Positions 38,101-48,257 of a stretch of 64,000 nucleotides of DNA are shown here, piece by piece. The translations under genes were made by a program, and so were the position numbers. Numbering within the stretch: position 1 is the stretch's first letter; each line of letters opens with the position of its first letter. The stretch spans positions 13,598 through 77,597 of the forward strand of contig JAJZWM010000001.1 in the NCBI GenBank assembly GCA_021846665.1, read 5' to 3'. The notes under the pieces were generated by a model that did no database searches, was not told the DNA's origin, and saw nothing but the letters and a program-made list of their open reading frames with translations. The stretch is from Nanobdellota archaeon. GTDB lineage: Archaea > Nanobdellota > Nanobdellia > Parvarchaeales > Parvarchaeaceae.

Positions 38101-41100
38101 TTAATTTACCTGTCCATTCAATGGGCCGATACTTTGAACGGGCATGATTCCATTAGGAGGATATGCTCTTGCTATAAGCCACCTAACATAGTTATAATCG
38201 TAACCCCCCCCTGTTCCGGCTGCAACCATTAAAGTAGGATAATTAAAAGCGGAAGGTATAGAGCCACTCATCGAAATTGGGATGTTTATATCAGAGAAAT
38301 TAGAAATAGAAGAGGATTTATTAATTACCCCTGCTTCTACAGTTGTACTACTACTTACTATTAATTTTTCAGTATAAGTTTGTGGAGTTATTGAAGGTAA
38401 GTTATTAACTGTAGAGATAATTTTATTATTCACGTTGTCCAATATTGCCGGTAAATATTTACCTGAACAATTCATCCCAACAGGTTCTACCATTAACATA
38501 ACTGAATCAGCAGATGCAACATTTCCACCACCGCATGTAACAACCGGTGCTCCGGTAACTGATGAAGTATCACCAAATAAGGAAAGAATCTCTCCATCGG
38601 TTGGACTGTCTCCGCCATAGAAATTCCAAGAGTATTCAACAATTACCGGCTCTTCTGGTAATTGATTTGGAGGTAGTATATGAGTCCCCTCACTTGGTGT
38701 ATCATTTGTCATCTCTATACCATTAGGAGTAGCTACAGGAGTAAAGCTACCACCTGTTACATAAGGTGTCCAACCATCAAAACCAGAAGTATTAAGGAAA
38801 TCTCCATAGGATAAAAATACATTTTGTCCATCATCATATTCCCCATATATTGATGATAATTGAGGAGATTCACCATCATTAGTTTTATTAAACAGACTTA
38901 TATTTGGTAACGCAAAACCCATGAATGCAACATAAGATTCTCTAGGTTGTAGATTACCTAACTTCAGCCAATAATTTGTTGAAGTACTAGCAGACGAAAC
39001 GCCATTAAATGTAATATTGTTTATTGATAAAGTATTATGACCATTCTGCTGATTCCCATTTCCAGATAGAAGATACCATGCAATTAATCCAGAGCTATTT
39101 AAAGGTGATCCTGCAACGCCTTCATCATAAAGAAGAGCTACCTTTGAAGGTGAAAATACCTGATTATAAAACTGAACATTTGATATATACCCCTTGAAAT
39201 AGAAATTACTGTTATTTGTATTTGCCCAATTATTAGTATACCCTTCACCGATAGTCCAGTAAGTTGGAGAACAAGTTTGTGGTGTACCAGAATAAGTTGC
39301 TATTTCTATTCCATTTAAGTACAAAATCTGTTGTGAGGATGTTTGTACAATTGTGACAGAATTCCACTTTCCATTAGCTACAAAATGATTCGTATTAAAC
39401 GGCTGAGAACCTACCCAATCACCACCTGCCAAATCTCCGTTTTTATTTACATATATAATTGGGCTATAACAGCCTCCAGAAGAAACTTGCTTTAAATCAC
39501 CATTCCATAGAACAACACCATCACTGGTTGTCTTAAACCAAGCACTTATAGTAAATGTACCTGCTGTACCAAAAGGGTAATTCTCTGGTAGATTTGCATA
39601 GCTATTTGCGCCATTGAAATAAGCCAGGTCCCCTGAACTTAACCATGAAGGAATAACACTTCCACTTGGTGAGAAAAATTCAACGTTACTAAGGGTGTTA
39701 TTTTCAAAGATATTATAATCAAAAGAATTTATTGATAAGTTATCCTGGAATACATTAGGAGTTGCAGATGATTGAAGATTTGTTATAAATACCGGTACAA
39801 ATTCCTTCACATTTTTAGGTATATTAGCTACTGCCTCCCAGTAGGTTTGATTTGCCAGATTTGATTGATTAGAAAAAACAGTTATGTTATACAAACCTGC
39901 AGACAAAGGCTTTTGATAAGATAGACTTGCAGAACCTAAAGGGACTGCTACAGAACCGTTTATCATTAAACCTATATGACTAGCATGTATACCAAAAGCC
40001 GTTATATTCGTTATATCTCCAGAAGCTATACCATTATTTCCGTCTTTAACTCCATTTACAAAAACAGTAATCTGCGGTTCTATAGGACCAAAAGTTACAG
40101 AAGGCATAACTCCATTTGGAGGAGCGGAGGGAGAGTAATAATCTATTGCATTATTAGACCACATTGCCGTATAAGCGCCACCGCCATCTTCATAATAATC
40201 TAATTCTATTCTCTGTGTTCCAATTGAAGAGATAGTACCTAAATAAGTTGTAAAGCCTTCGGTATGCCATTGACTTACAAGATTATTTGGATTTGATGTT
40301 CCGCCTAACCAATAAGCTCCATTTCCTCCTGCAGGAGATGTTGAATAACCTAATGCTATACCATCGTCAGAACCTACGTAGAATGTTGTAGATGAATTAA
40401 CCTCAGCCCAGCCTATTGCCTTTATTATCCATGAATTTCCTGTATTTGATACGGGGGGATTTGGATAAGCTGCCCCGCCACTGTATCCTTCCTGATAATT
40501 CATTATTACATTACTTTCAGTTGTTCCATCTACATCTTGTGAACTGCCAATAGGGGAGGTATAAAATGGTTTAGTTGATGAAGACATTGGTGCACATGAA
40601 TTTATTGTAACGCCGTTGTTTAAGGCAGCTGCATACACATTATTCTGGTAACTTCCACTATTACAAGCCCCACTTGGATCGAAGTAAATTTGATACTCTA
40701 AGCCTTTATTCATAACGTTGCCTATATCATCATATTCACCATATGTTGAAGAAAGCTGCGGTGCTTCACCATCATTAACATTGTTAAATAAATTTGTGGA
40801 CTTGGATGCAAAACCCATATAAACTGTTATAGAAGACCTAACAGGTATACCACTGATTTTAAGCCAATAAACTGAACTTGTAGCTGTATTAGAATTTCCA
40901 GATTCTAGCCATGAATTTATAATTGTTCCATTGGGATAAAAGAATTCTACATTCTGTAGGTTAGACGCTTCATACTGCTGATAATTCGCAGAATTAACAA
41001 CTACTTCCTGCTGAAAAGGAGAAGAAGTTGAAATTGATTGATTATTTTTTATAGTCAAAGGAACAAAATTTAAAATACCTTTAGGAATCAGCAGAAGTTG

Positions 41101-41799
41101 TTGCGGAAGAAAACATGATGGGCTTATTATATTAAGAGAGCTAACATATATTTCAGCAACTGAATTTGGAGGGAATTGACCGCCATTACTAGGAGTTATA
41201 CTACCAGAGTAATAACCAGATAAAGTGCTTTCATTCTGCTCTGCCACCATTTTGTTATCATTATATATTATGATAGTAAAATTCACGTCACCAACTAAAT
41301 TACCGTTAGTATCAAGAAAAGAAACGTTATAAAGAATACTTGAAGGATTATAAATATAGGAAGTTGAAATGTAGGATATTGGTAAATCCATAGATATTTG
41401 TGCTTCTGGCCTACCGTTCTCTTTTACAAGTGTTACTCTACCAACGTAAGTTCCAGAACTTACTGGAAGTTCCCCCGTTGTATACAAAGATAATGATTGA
41501 GAGGCTTCTTCTCCCCCAAATGACAAAGATACAGATGTATTACAAATTGAAGAAACCAAATTTAAACCTGGAGAAGAAAAACTGAATTGCTGCGAGGAAC
41601 CAACAGCGCTTTCAGATAATGAATTTACTGCATTTGCTATGCTTTTAGCCGCCAATTGAAGATCTTGTGAAGTACCTGCTGAATTGTAACCTATCTGGTA
41701 GTATATAGCATATGATATAGCTGCACCAAGTATAAATATAGCTATACCCATTACTAACAGATATTCTAAGGAAGACTGGCTTTTTGATCCAATTTGCAT
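38101..41799 (-). CDS. Giant (1232 aa) class III signal-peptide surface protein. Internally duplicated. Two DUF2341-like modules, the second interrupted by a concanavalin A/LamG-like domain
   Basis: N-terminus MQIGSKSQ/SSLEYLLVMGIAIFILGAAISYAIYY (archaeal pilin-like Q-x-x-L-E-Y-L-L motif). Module 1 at ~aa 245-364 (PLTIKNNQSISTSSPFQQ...NVEFFYPNGTIINSWLESG...VYWLKISGIP...VYMGF...DGEAPQLSSTYGEYDD). Module 2 at ~aa 668-995 with an inserted FTISAWFKTTSDGVVLWNG LamG-like segment. Two occurrences of the PPNG-[VI]-MP-x-x-x-x-GP motif (aa ~560 and ~1215). Confidence 0.7.
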   Translation of the reverse strand: MQIGSKSQSSLEYLLVMGIAIFILGAAISYAIYYQIGYNSAGTSQDLQLAAKSIANAVNSLSESAVGSSQQFSFSSPGLNLVSSICNTSVSLSFGGEEASQSLSLYTTGELPVSSGTYVGRVTLVKENGRPEAQISMDLPISYISTSYIYNPSSILYNVSFLDTNGNLVGDVNFTIIIYNDNKMVAEQNESTLSGYYSGSITPSNGGQFPPNSVAEIYVSSLNIISPSCFLPQQLLLIPKGILNFVPLTIKNNQSISTSSPFQQEVVVNSANYQQYEASNLQNVEFFYPNGTIINSWLESGNSNTATSSVYWLKISGIPVRSSITVYMGFASKSTNLFNNVNDGEAPQLSSTYGEYDDIGNVMNKGLEYQIYFDPSGACNSGSYQNNVYAAALNNGVTINSCAPMSSSTKPFYTSPIGSSQDVDGTTESNVIMNYQEGYSGGAAYPNPPVSNTGNSWIIKAIGWAEVNSSTTFYVGSDDGIALGYSTSPAGGNGAYWLGGTSNPNNLVSQWHTEGFTTYLGTISSIGTQRIELDYYEDGGGAYTAMWSNNAIDYYSPSAPPNGVMPSVTFGPIEPQITVFVNGVKDGNNGIASGDITNITAFGIHASHIGLMINGSVAVPLGSASLSYQKPLSAGLYNITVFSNQSNLANQTYWEAVANIPKNVKEFVPVFITNLQSSATPNVFQDNLSINSFDYNIFENNTLSNVEFFSPSGSVIPSWLSSGDLAYFNGANSYANLPENYPFGTAGTFTISAWFKTTSDGVVLWNGDLKQVSSGGCYSPIIYVNKNGDLAGGDWVGSQPFNTNHFVANGKWNSVTIVQTSSQQILYLNGIEIATYSGTPQTCSPTYWTIGEGYTNNWANTNNSNFYFKGYISNVQFYNQVFSPSKVALLYDEGVAGSPLNSSGLIAWYLLSGNGNQQNGHNTLSINNITFNGVSSASTSTNYWLKLGNLQPRESYVAFMGFALPNISLFNKTNDGESPQLSSIYGEYDDGQNVFLSYGDFLNTSGFDGWTPYVTGGSFTPVATPNGIEMTNDTPSEGTHILPPNQLPEEPVIVEYSWNFYGGDSPTDGEILSLFGDTSSVTGAPVVTCGGGNVASADSVMLMVEPVGMNCSGKYLPAILDNVNNKIISTVNNLPSITPQTYTEKLIVSSSTTVEAGVINKSSSISNFSDINIPISMSGSIPSAFNYPTLMVAAGTGGGYDYNYVRWLIARAYPPNGIMPVQSIGPLNGQVN

Positions 41800-41803
41800 A
41801 AGA

Positions 41804-42409
41804 TTAATTATCCTTTATATTAAAGAACTTATCAACAATCTTATTTATTCTTTGACTTACCTCTTCGACTGTGCCTTTAGCATTCACTTTTTTGAGATGA
41901 AACTCCTTTGCTATTGACAGATATGCTTGTCTAACTTTTGATATCTTTTCAACGTTGCCAAAAAGCTGTATACCGTCTACTTGTTTTTCGGCTCTTAATA
42001 AGGAAGTTTTAGGATCTAAATCCAAATATATACCTAAATCTGGTTTCCTAAAACTTATGTTTACAGAACGAAGCCATTTATAATTTATATTAGACGCAAA
42101 ACCATATGCTAAAGTTGAGAAGAAATATCTGTCACATACTACAATAAAACCATCCTGCATTGCAGGCTCTATTTCCGTATCTAAATGATGCGCCCTATCG
42201 GCACAGAAAATAAGCTGCAGAGCTTTATCTGAAAGATTAAGTTCTTTGTTTAATGCCGCCTTTGATATTCCTCCTAAAATACCATTTGTTGGTTCCTTTG
42301 TCAAAAGAACCTTGAATCCTCTGGATCTTAAATACTCTGCCAGAAGAACTGACTGTGTGCCTTTTCCAGCATTATCTATTCCTTCTATTACTATAAATTT
42401 TCCTTTCAT
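41804..42409 (-). CDS. tmk: Thymidylate kinase
   Basis: 201 aa. P-loop IEGIDNAGKGTQS. DRYFFSTLAYG (DRY...S..AY). Lid region. PDLGIYLD. Confidence 0.75.
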   Translation of the reverse strand: MKGKFIVIEGIDNAGKGTQSVLLAEYLRSRGFKVLLTKEPTNGILGGISKAALNKELNLSDKALQLIFCADRAHHLDTEIEPAMQDGFIVVCDRYFFSTLAYGFASNINYKWLRSVNISFRKPDLGIYLDLDPKTSLLRAEKQVDGIQLFGNVEKISKVRQAYLSIAKEFHLKKVNAKGTVEEVSQRINKIVDKFFNIKDN

Positions 42410-42411
42410 AG

Positions 42412-43020
42412 TTAATCAATAGCTTTTTTTATTAAATAAGATATCTCTTCTATGCTTTTGCTCCCGTCTATCTCTTCCCAGGATTTAGCATAAAAACTCT
42501 CATTTTTTAATTTATCATAAAAAGTTGAAACATTGAAAAGAAAATTTTTATTGCTTTCAAATTTGTCGACATCCATCTTTCCCTTCTGTTTTTCCTTTCT
42601 CTGCATTGAGATATCAACAGGTACATTTACGTAAAACACTTTATCTACTACTGGCATATCTAAAAGCTTTACAATTTCTTTTCCATTTTCATAAGAAAAG
42701 CCACCTGCTGATTGATAAGCTATAGTAGAAAAGAAGAATCTATCTATTATAATATAACTTCCATTATTTACATCTTCTATTATATTACTTCTATCCTTTA
42801 CCATATCAATTATGTAAAGCATAAAAAGCTCATCTACTTTTAGGTTTATCTTTTTATATAGAAATGATTTTATCCTTTCCCCATAAATAGAAGAATAATC
42901 GGGATAAGAATATATTGAAACCTTCTTTCCTTCTTTTTCCAGTGTTTCTTTTAAAATTTTGGCTTGTGTAGCTTTCCCAGCACCATCTATTCCTTCTATT
43001 ACTATTATTTTTCCAGCCAT
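42412..43020 (-). CDS. Thymidylate kinase paralog (second Tmk-family nucleoside monophosphate kinase)
   Basis: 202 aa. P-loop IEGIDGAGKATQA. DRFFFSTIAYQ. Tandem with tmk and directly upstream of PolD DP1 (1-3 nt gaps). Confidence 0.65.
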   Translation of the reverse strand: MAGKIIVIEGIDGAGKATQAKILKETLEKEGKKVSIYSYPDYSSIYGERIKSFLYKKINLKVDELFMLYIIDMVKDRSNIIEDVNNGSYIIIDRFFFSTIAYQSAGGFSYENGKEIVKLLDMPVVDKVFYVNVPVDISMQRKEKQKGKMDVDKFESNKNFLFNVSTFYDKLKNESFYAKSWEEIDGSKSIEEISYLIKKAID

Positions 43021-43021
43021 C

Positions 43022-44458
43022 CTATACCTCCTTCAAACCCTTTTTATATGCCTGTACTTTATCCCCAAGAAAATCAAGTATCTGGAAACTTTTATCACGC
43101 ATGTTCACTACAGGAACCTTTGCTACATCTGGATCCATACCATATTTTTTCTGGTAAGAAGTTTGGTACTGCCAACATGATGAATTTATAAGCACTGTTC
43201 CTTTGTAAATAGACGCAAGAGTCTTATGTATGTGCCCAGTAGCATATATGTCTGGAGTTTCTTCTATAACAAGATAATCTCTTGGTAAAGGCATTAATTG
43301 CGTTGAGCCATGTGAAGGTGCTAAGTGCCTTGACTTAAGATGTATTTTCATTATGTTTTCTATATCCTCTGCATTCATTTTACTGTATTTCGGTATCTTA
43401 TTCGCATAGTAAGGTATACTAAAGCCATGATATGAAAGCAAATTAATCTTTGCTTTTCCCACAACTAGATTAACTTGATATGGATTTGAAAGGAAAACGG
43501 CATTTTTCAATTTGTACAGGCTTTCTGCAAAAGTTTTATCCAGTTTTGGTTGGGGCTCTGCAATATGTGTAGCATCGTGGTTACCTTGTGACAAAATCAA
43601 CTTTATGTTTTTTGGTATTCTGTCAAGAAAGCTATAAAGTTTATCATATTGACCTTTAAGGTCAGATATAGCAAGTTCTTTTTCCTGGTCAGGGTATACG
43701 CCTATACCATCTATCAAATCACCATTTAGAACAATAAATTTCACTAACTTAGCTATGTTTGAGTACTCAGGTATCTCTCCATTTATCCATTTTATAAACC
43801 TTTCAAAAGCATCATTTACAAATAGTTTTGAACCGACATGTATATCCGATAAGAATAATATAAACGTATCATCTATCTCTTGCTTTACTTTTTCTCTCAT
43901 TTGTATTTCTGGGAAAACTATATCCTTTACAAATATTGCATCATTGTATTTTCTTCCAGTTATCATCACAACCTGATCTTCAAGAATTTCCTGATTAGAA
44001 TTTGTTATTATAGCTTTATAACTACCGGTATTATCCTCTACATCTAATATTGTGTATTTTTTAATAGGACTAATAGAAACAGATGAAACCATAACTATTG
44101 ATTTTATATCAGAACTCTGTGGCATGTTCTTTATATTTGATAAGGATAGCAGTCCAGATCTGTCCTTGCTCATCAATATTGTCTTTAATCTGTTGAACCT
44201 GTCGTTAAAATAATTTACCCAGTTTGGAGGCTTTGACTCAGATATTTCCCCTTCATAGTTTTTTATTATCTCTATACTTGAATCTGTACTAGCTTCTCCG
44301 TCATATAAATTATGAAAAGTGTTTATATCCAGAAAATTTATATTTTTTTCTTTAAGTGAGCTTATTAGTCCACTAACGTCAGGAATATTGATATCCTTTA
44401 TTGATGAATCTACAAGTATTCCATTTGAAAATAGAGTATTTAGTTGATCTTCATCCAT
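43022..44458 (-). CDS. polB1/dp1: DNA polymerase II (PolD) small subunit DP1
   Basis: 478 aa. Calcineurin-like phosphoesterase motifs FLSDIHVGS, LNGDLIDG, QGNHDA, TGHIHK. OB-fold region upstream. Confidence 0.8.
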   Translation of the reverse strand: MDEDQLNTLFSNGILVDSSIKDINIPDVSGLISSLKEKNINFLDINTFHNLYDGEASTDSSIEIIKNYEGEISESKPPNWVNYFNDRFNRLKTILMSKDRSGLLSLSNIKNMPQSSDIKSIVMVSSVSISPIKKYTILDVEDNTGSYKAIITNSNQEILEDQVVMITGRKYNDAIFVKDIVFPEIQMREKVKQEIDDTFILFLSDIHVGSKLFVNDAFERFIKWINGEIPEYSNIAKLVKFIVLNGDLIDGIGVYPDQEKELAISDLKGQYDKLYSFLDRIPKNIKLILSQGNHDATHIAEPQPKLDKTFAESLYKLKNAVFLSNPYQVNLVVGKAKINLLSYHGFSIPYYANKIPKYSKMNAEDIENIMKIHLKSRHLAPSHGSTQLMPLPRDYLVIEETPDIYATGHIHKTLASIYKGTVLINSSCWQYQTSYQKKYGMDPDVAKVPVVNMRDKSFQILDFLGDKVQAYKKGLKEV

Positions 44459-44539
44459 AATATTTAACCACCAATCAATACTATCTCAACAGCAATAAAT
44501 ATATGTTTGCTCCTTTACTTTTTACAAAAATACAACGCA

Positions 44540-46309
44540 TTAAATTCTCTTAACTAGATCAATACCTAAAAAATAAGAAAGATTTTCTACAATTGTTTTA
44601 AATGATGACACCAGAAGCAGTCTTTCCTTCTCCCTTTTATCCCCTAATATCCTATTCTTTTCATAAAACGCATTGAAAACATCTGCTATTCTGTGCAAGT
44701 ATTCGCACACGAGATTAGGTTTAAGATTAGATATTGCATCGTCCAAAACATTTTCCCAAAGAAATATCTCCTTTATGAATTTTGCTTCATTTTCATCAAA
44801 TGAAATATTATCATAATCATTAGTATTTGCCTTATTAAGTATGCTCAATGCTCTTGAATAACTGTAATTTATGTAAACTGCGCTATCCCCTTTCAAAGAT
44901 GTAGCATCATTTATATCGAATACCACCATTTTTGACGGAGAAAATTTTAATACATAATACCTGATCACGTTTGATGCTATTGCCTTAGCGGAATCCTTAT
45001 CTATATTTCTGCCGCTTTTTTCTGCTTCTTCTATAACTCTATTTTTTATTTTTTCAACTAAGTCATCAAATTCAACTGTTATACCCTTTCTACCGCTCAT
45101 TCTCATGAACTTTTCGTCTGTACTTATCCCAAGATAAGATGCAGTATCCTTGGAAATTGAAACAGGCTCATAACTATAATGATTGTAGGAACCTTTCCCT
45201 GCAGATCTCTCTATTATGGACTTAACAGCATTCTGCTCTGCATTTTGAGCGGAGTCTGTCAAGGTAAATGACATATCTATTTTTTTAATGTCAAATTCAT
45301 TACCATCTTTATTTGAAATAAGAATATCAGTTCCATCAAAATTTGAAGAGAACTTTTTGTATCTTATCTTTTCTTCAAGTATGCTGTGCTTTATCATTGC
45401 ATATGCGATGTCTTTAGCTATGTATAGAGCAGTTCCATCTGATCTTGTAAATGTTATTTCATTACCATCTATATTACTTACTATGCAGCCTTTATTTTTC
45501 TCACTTTCAGAAACAGCTGCTATTCCGTCTTTTATAAGTTTGTCCAATGCCGCTTTTACTATACCTTCACCCAGTATATAACGCTCTAAATCTAGAAGAT
45601 CATACTTTATTTTTTCGCCAACCAATGTAGAAAGTTGTGCAAGCAAAACCTTGTTTACTATTGAATCCAAAAACTTCAAGGTATCATTATCCCCTTCTTC
45701 TATCTTTAGAAGCACTTCCTTTCTTTTTTCAAGTAAAGATTTATCCTTCTCATAGTCTTCATTAACTTCTTTGTATATCTTCGAGCAGTAAATATCGAAC
45801 TTCTCATCAGTTTCCTGTTTCTTGTTAAGATACTTAAAGCCAACAATTATATCGGCTACCTGTGCACCTGTATCCTCAATAAAATTTGATGTTATAACGT
45901 TTGCAGAGCTGTAAATAAGTGCTTTTCTAATGAATTCTCCTATATATGAATTTCTCATGTGGCCAATGTGCAAAGCCTTATTTGGGTTTACAGAAGTATG
46001 CTCAAGTCTTACTGTTTTACCAGAAAATGAATTTTTAACGTTTTTTAGTTCTATTTTACTTAGTATTTTTTCATTCTTTTCAAACTCATCAAAATCTAGA
46101 TCTATATTTATATATGAGTTCAACGCCACTACTTTCTTTATGTACTTTGATTCTATTTTCTTTGCGATTTCATCTGCAAATGATATTGGATCTTTACCAT
46201 TGCTCTTTGCATACTTTATACAACTAAATGATATATCAGAGAACTGGCTAGAAGTTATTTCTGCCCATTCAGGTAAATTCAGTTTTTCCTTTAATTCTTG
46301 AAATTTCAT
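44540..46309 (-). CDS. argS: Arginyl-tRNA synthetase
   Basis: 589 aa. Class I HIGH motif in the context SVNPNKALHIGHMRNSYIGEF typical of ArgRS. C-terminal anticodon-binding (DALR-like) helical domain. Confidence 0.8.
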   Translation of the reverse strand: MKFQELKEKLNLPEWAEITSSQFSDISFSCIKYAKSNGKDPISFADEIAKKIESKYIKKVVALNSYINIDLDFDEFEKNEKILSKIELKNVKNSFSGKTVRLEHTSVNPNKALHIGHMRNSYIGEFIRKALIYSSANVITSNFIEDTGAQVADIIVGFKYLNKKQETDEKFDIYCSKIYKEVNEDYEKDKSLLEKRKEVLLKIEEGDNDTLKFLDSIVNKVLLAQLSTLVGEKIKYDLLDLERYILGEGIVKAALDKLIKDGIAAVSESEKNKGCIVSNIDGNEITFTRSDGTALYIAKDIAYAMIKHSILEEKIRYKKFSSNFDGTDILISNKDGNEFDIKKIDMSFTLTDSAQNAEQNAVKSIIERSAGKGSYNHYSYEPVSISKDTASYLGISTDEKFMRMSGRKGITVEFDDLVEKIKNRVIEEAEKSGRNIDKDSAKAIASNVIRYYVLKFSPSKMVVFDINDATSLKGDSAVYINYSYSRALSILNKANTNDYDNISFDENEAKFIKEIFLWENVLDDAISNLKPNLVCEYLHRIADVFNAFYEKNRILGDKREKERLLLVSSFKTIVENLSYFLGIDLVKRI

Positions 46310-46471
46310 ATTTTATAGATGCTTTTTTCTTTATTTATAAAGTTTTAAAGCTTTACTACAATTATAACTAATAAAATAAACTTATGCTGCTTTATTATAG
46401 TAGCGATAATATCTGCTAAGAAAGGTTTATATAGGTATTTAATCATATATAGACTATAAATTTTAAAGGGG

Positions 46472-46792
46472 TTGAATAAAAAGATAAAAATGACAGAAGT
46501 TTGTCCAGTTTGTGGTCTTCCAAAAGACCTTTGTATCTGCGGGACCATTTCGCAGGAAACGCAGAAAATAAAAATTTACACTAAAAAAGTTTCTTTTAAA
46601 AAGATGGTTACTATTATAAGTGGCTTGGATCCAAAAGCCGTTAATATAAAAGATCTAACAAAAGTATTAAAGACAAAGATAGCCTGCGGCGGAACCTTTA
46701 AAGACGGTATTATAGAATTGCAGGGAGAACATGTAGATAAAGTAAAGGATATACTTATAAAACAGGGTTTTCCAGAGACTTCCTTTTCTTAG
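46472..46792 (+). CDS. sui1: Translation initiation factor SUI1 (aSUI1/eIF1); true start possibly at MTEVCP (46490)
   Basis: CPVCGLPKDLCIC...QKIKIYTKKVSFKKMVTIISGLD...KIACGGTFKDGIIELQGEHVDKVKDILIKQGF closely matches archaeal SUI1. Confidence 0.85.
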   Translation: MNKKIKMTEVCPVCGLPKDLCICGTISQETQKIKIYTKKVSFKKMVTIISGLDPKAVNIKDLTKVLKTKIACGGTFKDGIIELQGEHVDKVKDILIKQGFPETSFS

Positions 46793-48240
46793 ATTAACTT
46801 ATTAAATAAGTTTTCTCCACGTTCTACCTTTGTTGTAAATTCTCTGAAAACTGCATCTGATAATAACTGTGGTTTTATGCCTAATTTCTTTTCTATTTTC
46901 TCTGCAGTTGATGGCATAAACGGTTTTAAAAATATTGTAGATATCCTTATTGCCTCCAAGGAATTGTAAAGCACATTCGCCAAGTCCTTGCCTTGTAATT
47001 TCCAGGGTTCCTTATCATTTACGTATTTATTTATTCTTCTTATTCCTTCAAATATAAGATTTAATGCTGAGTACAAATCTTTTTTCTCAAAGCTTTCAAT
47101 TATCTCCTGCTTTTTTATAAAATCCTCTGTTTCTGTATTACCTTCTATTTTACCTTCGAACCTTTCAGCAATTGTCAAAACTCTAGCAACTAGATTACTT
47201 AAATCAGCCATTAGCTCTCCATTTATTCTTCCCTTTAATGCTGATTCTGAAAAATCCCCATCTTCCCACGTTGGTTTCTCTCTCAATAAAAAATACCTAA
47301 ATGCATCTGCAGAATATTTATCGGCCATTTCTATAGGATCTACAACATTTCCAATGGACTTACTCATTTTCCTACCTTCAACCGTCCACCAACCATGTGC
47401 CATTATATTCTTTGGCAGAGGTAAACCTGCAGATAGAAGCATTGCTGGCCATATTACTGAATGGAACCATACTATTTCTTTCCCTACTAAATGAATATCA
47501 GCTGGCCAAAATTCCTTAAATTCACTACCATCCGGCCAATTTAAGGCACTTAAATAATTAAGTAATGCATCAAACCACACATAAATAGAATGACTTTCAT
47601 CGAATGGAAATTTTATCCCCCAAGAAACACTCTTTCTTGTTATATCTAAATCCTTCAATTCCCCCTTAAGTCTGCTTAATATTTCATTTGCACTCTTTTC
47701 TGGTATTATTAAACCGTTTTCTATAAGATTCATTATCTGTTCCTTGTATTTGCTTAACCTAAAGAAGTAAGCCTCTTCCTTTATCTTTTGAACATCCCTG
47801 CCGCAGTCGGGGCATTTCCCATTTACAAGTTCACTTTCAGTTATATACCTTTCATCTGGCAAGCAGTAAAATCCCTCATATTCTCCCTTGTAAATATCTC
47901 CATTATCCCATACCTTTTTTATAAATTCCTTTACTGCTAATTCATGATATTCATCAGTAGTACGTATGAACTTGTCATAAGAGATATTGAGCTTTTCCCA
48001 GGAATCTTTATATCTCTGTGAATTTTCATCAACAAGCTCCTTCGGAGTTTTATGCTTGTCTGCTGCAGCTTTTTCTATCTTACCCCCATGCTCATCAGTT
48101 CCCGTCAGAAAAAAAACTTTTTCATTTTTTAATCTATGCCATCTTGCAAATACATCCGCAATTATAGTAGTATATGCATGCCCTATGTGCGGTTTGTCGT
48201 TGACATAGTAAATTGGAGTAGTTACGTAAAATTTTTCCAT
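46789..48240 (-). CDS. metG: Methionyl-tRNA synthetase (short form)
   Basis: 483 aa. HIGH (PHIGHAYT). KMSKS (KMSKSIGNVV). Zinc knuckle CPDCGRD. Anticodon-binding helical domain. Confidence 0.9.
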   Translation of the reverse strand: MEKFYVTTPIYYVNDKPHIGHAYTTIIADVFARWHRLKNEKVFFLTGTDEHGGKIEKAAADKHKTPKELVDENSQRYKDSWEKLNISYDKFIRTTDEYHELAVKEFIKKVWDNGDIYKGEYEGFYCLPDERYITESELVNGKCPDCGRDVQKIKEEAYFFRLSKYKEQIMNLIENGLIIPEKSANEILSRLKGELKDLDITRKSVSWGIKFPFDESHSIYVWFDALLNYLSALNWPDGSEFKEFWPADIHLVGKEIVWFHSVIWPAMLLSAGLPLPKNIMAHGWWTVEGRKMSKSIGNVVDPIEMADKYSADAFRYFLLREKPTWEDGDFSESALKGRINGELMADLSNLVARVLTIAERFEGKIEGNTETEDFIKKQEIIESFEKKDLYSALNLIFEGIRRINKYVNDKEPWKLQGKDLANVLYNSLEAIRISTIFLKPFMPSTAEKIEKKLGIKPQLLSDAVFREFTTKVERGENLFNKLI

Positions 48241-48257
48241 TATTCTTGATTTACCTA

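Noticed and set aside
46988-47494. 168-aa plus-strand ORF inside metG
   Set aside because: Antisense to a strongly supported MetRS gene. Ser/Leu/Phe-rich composition typical of a reverse-frame artifact.
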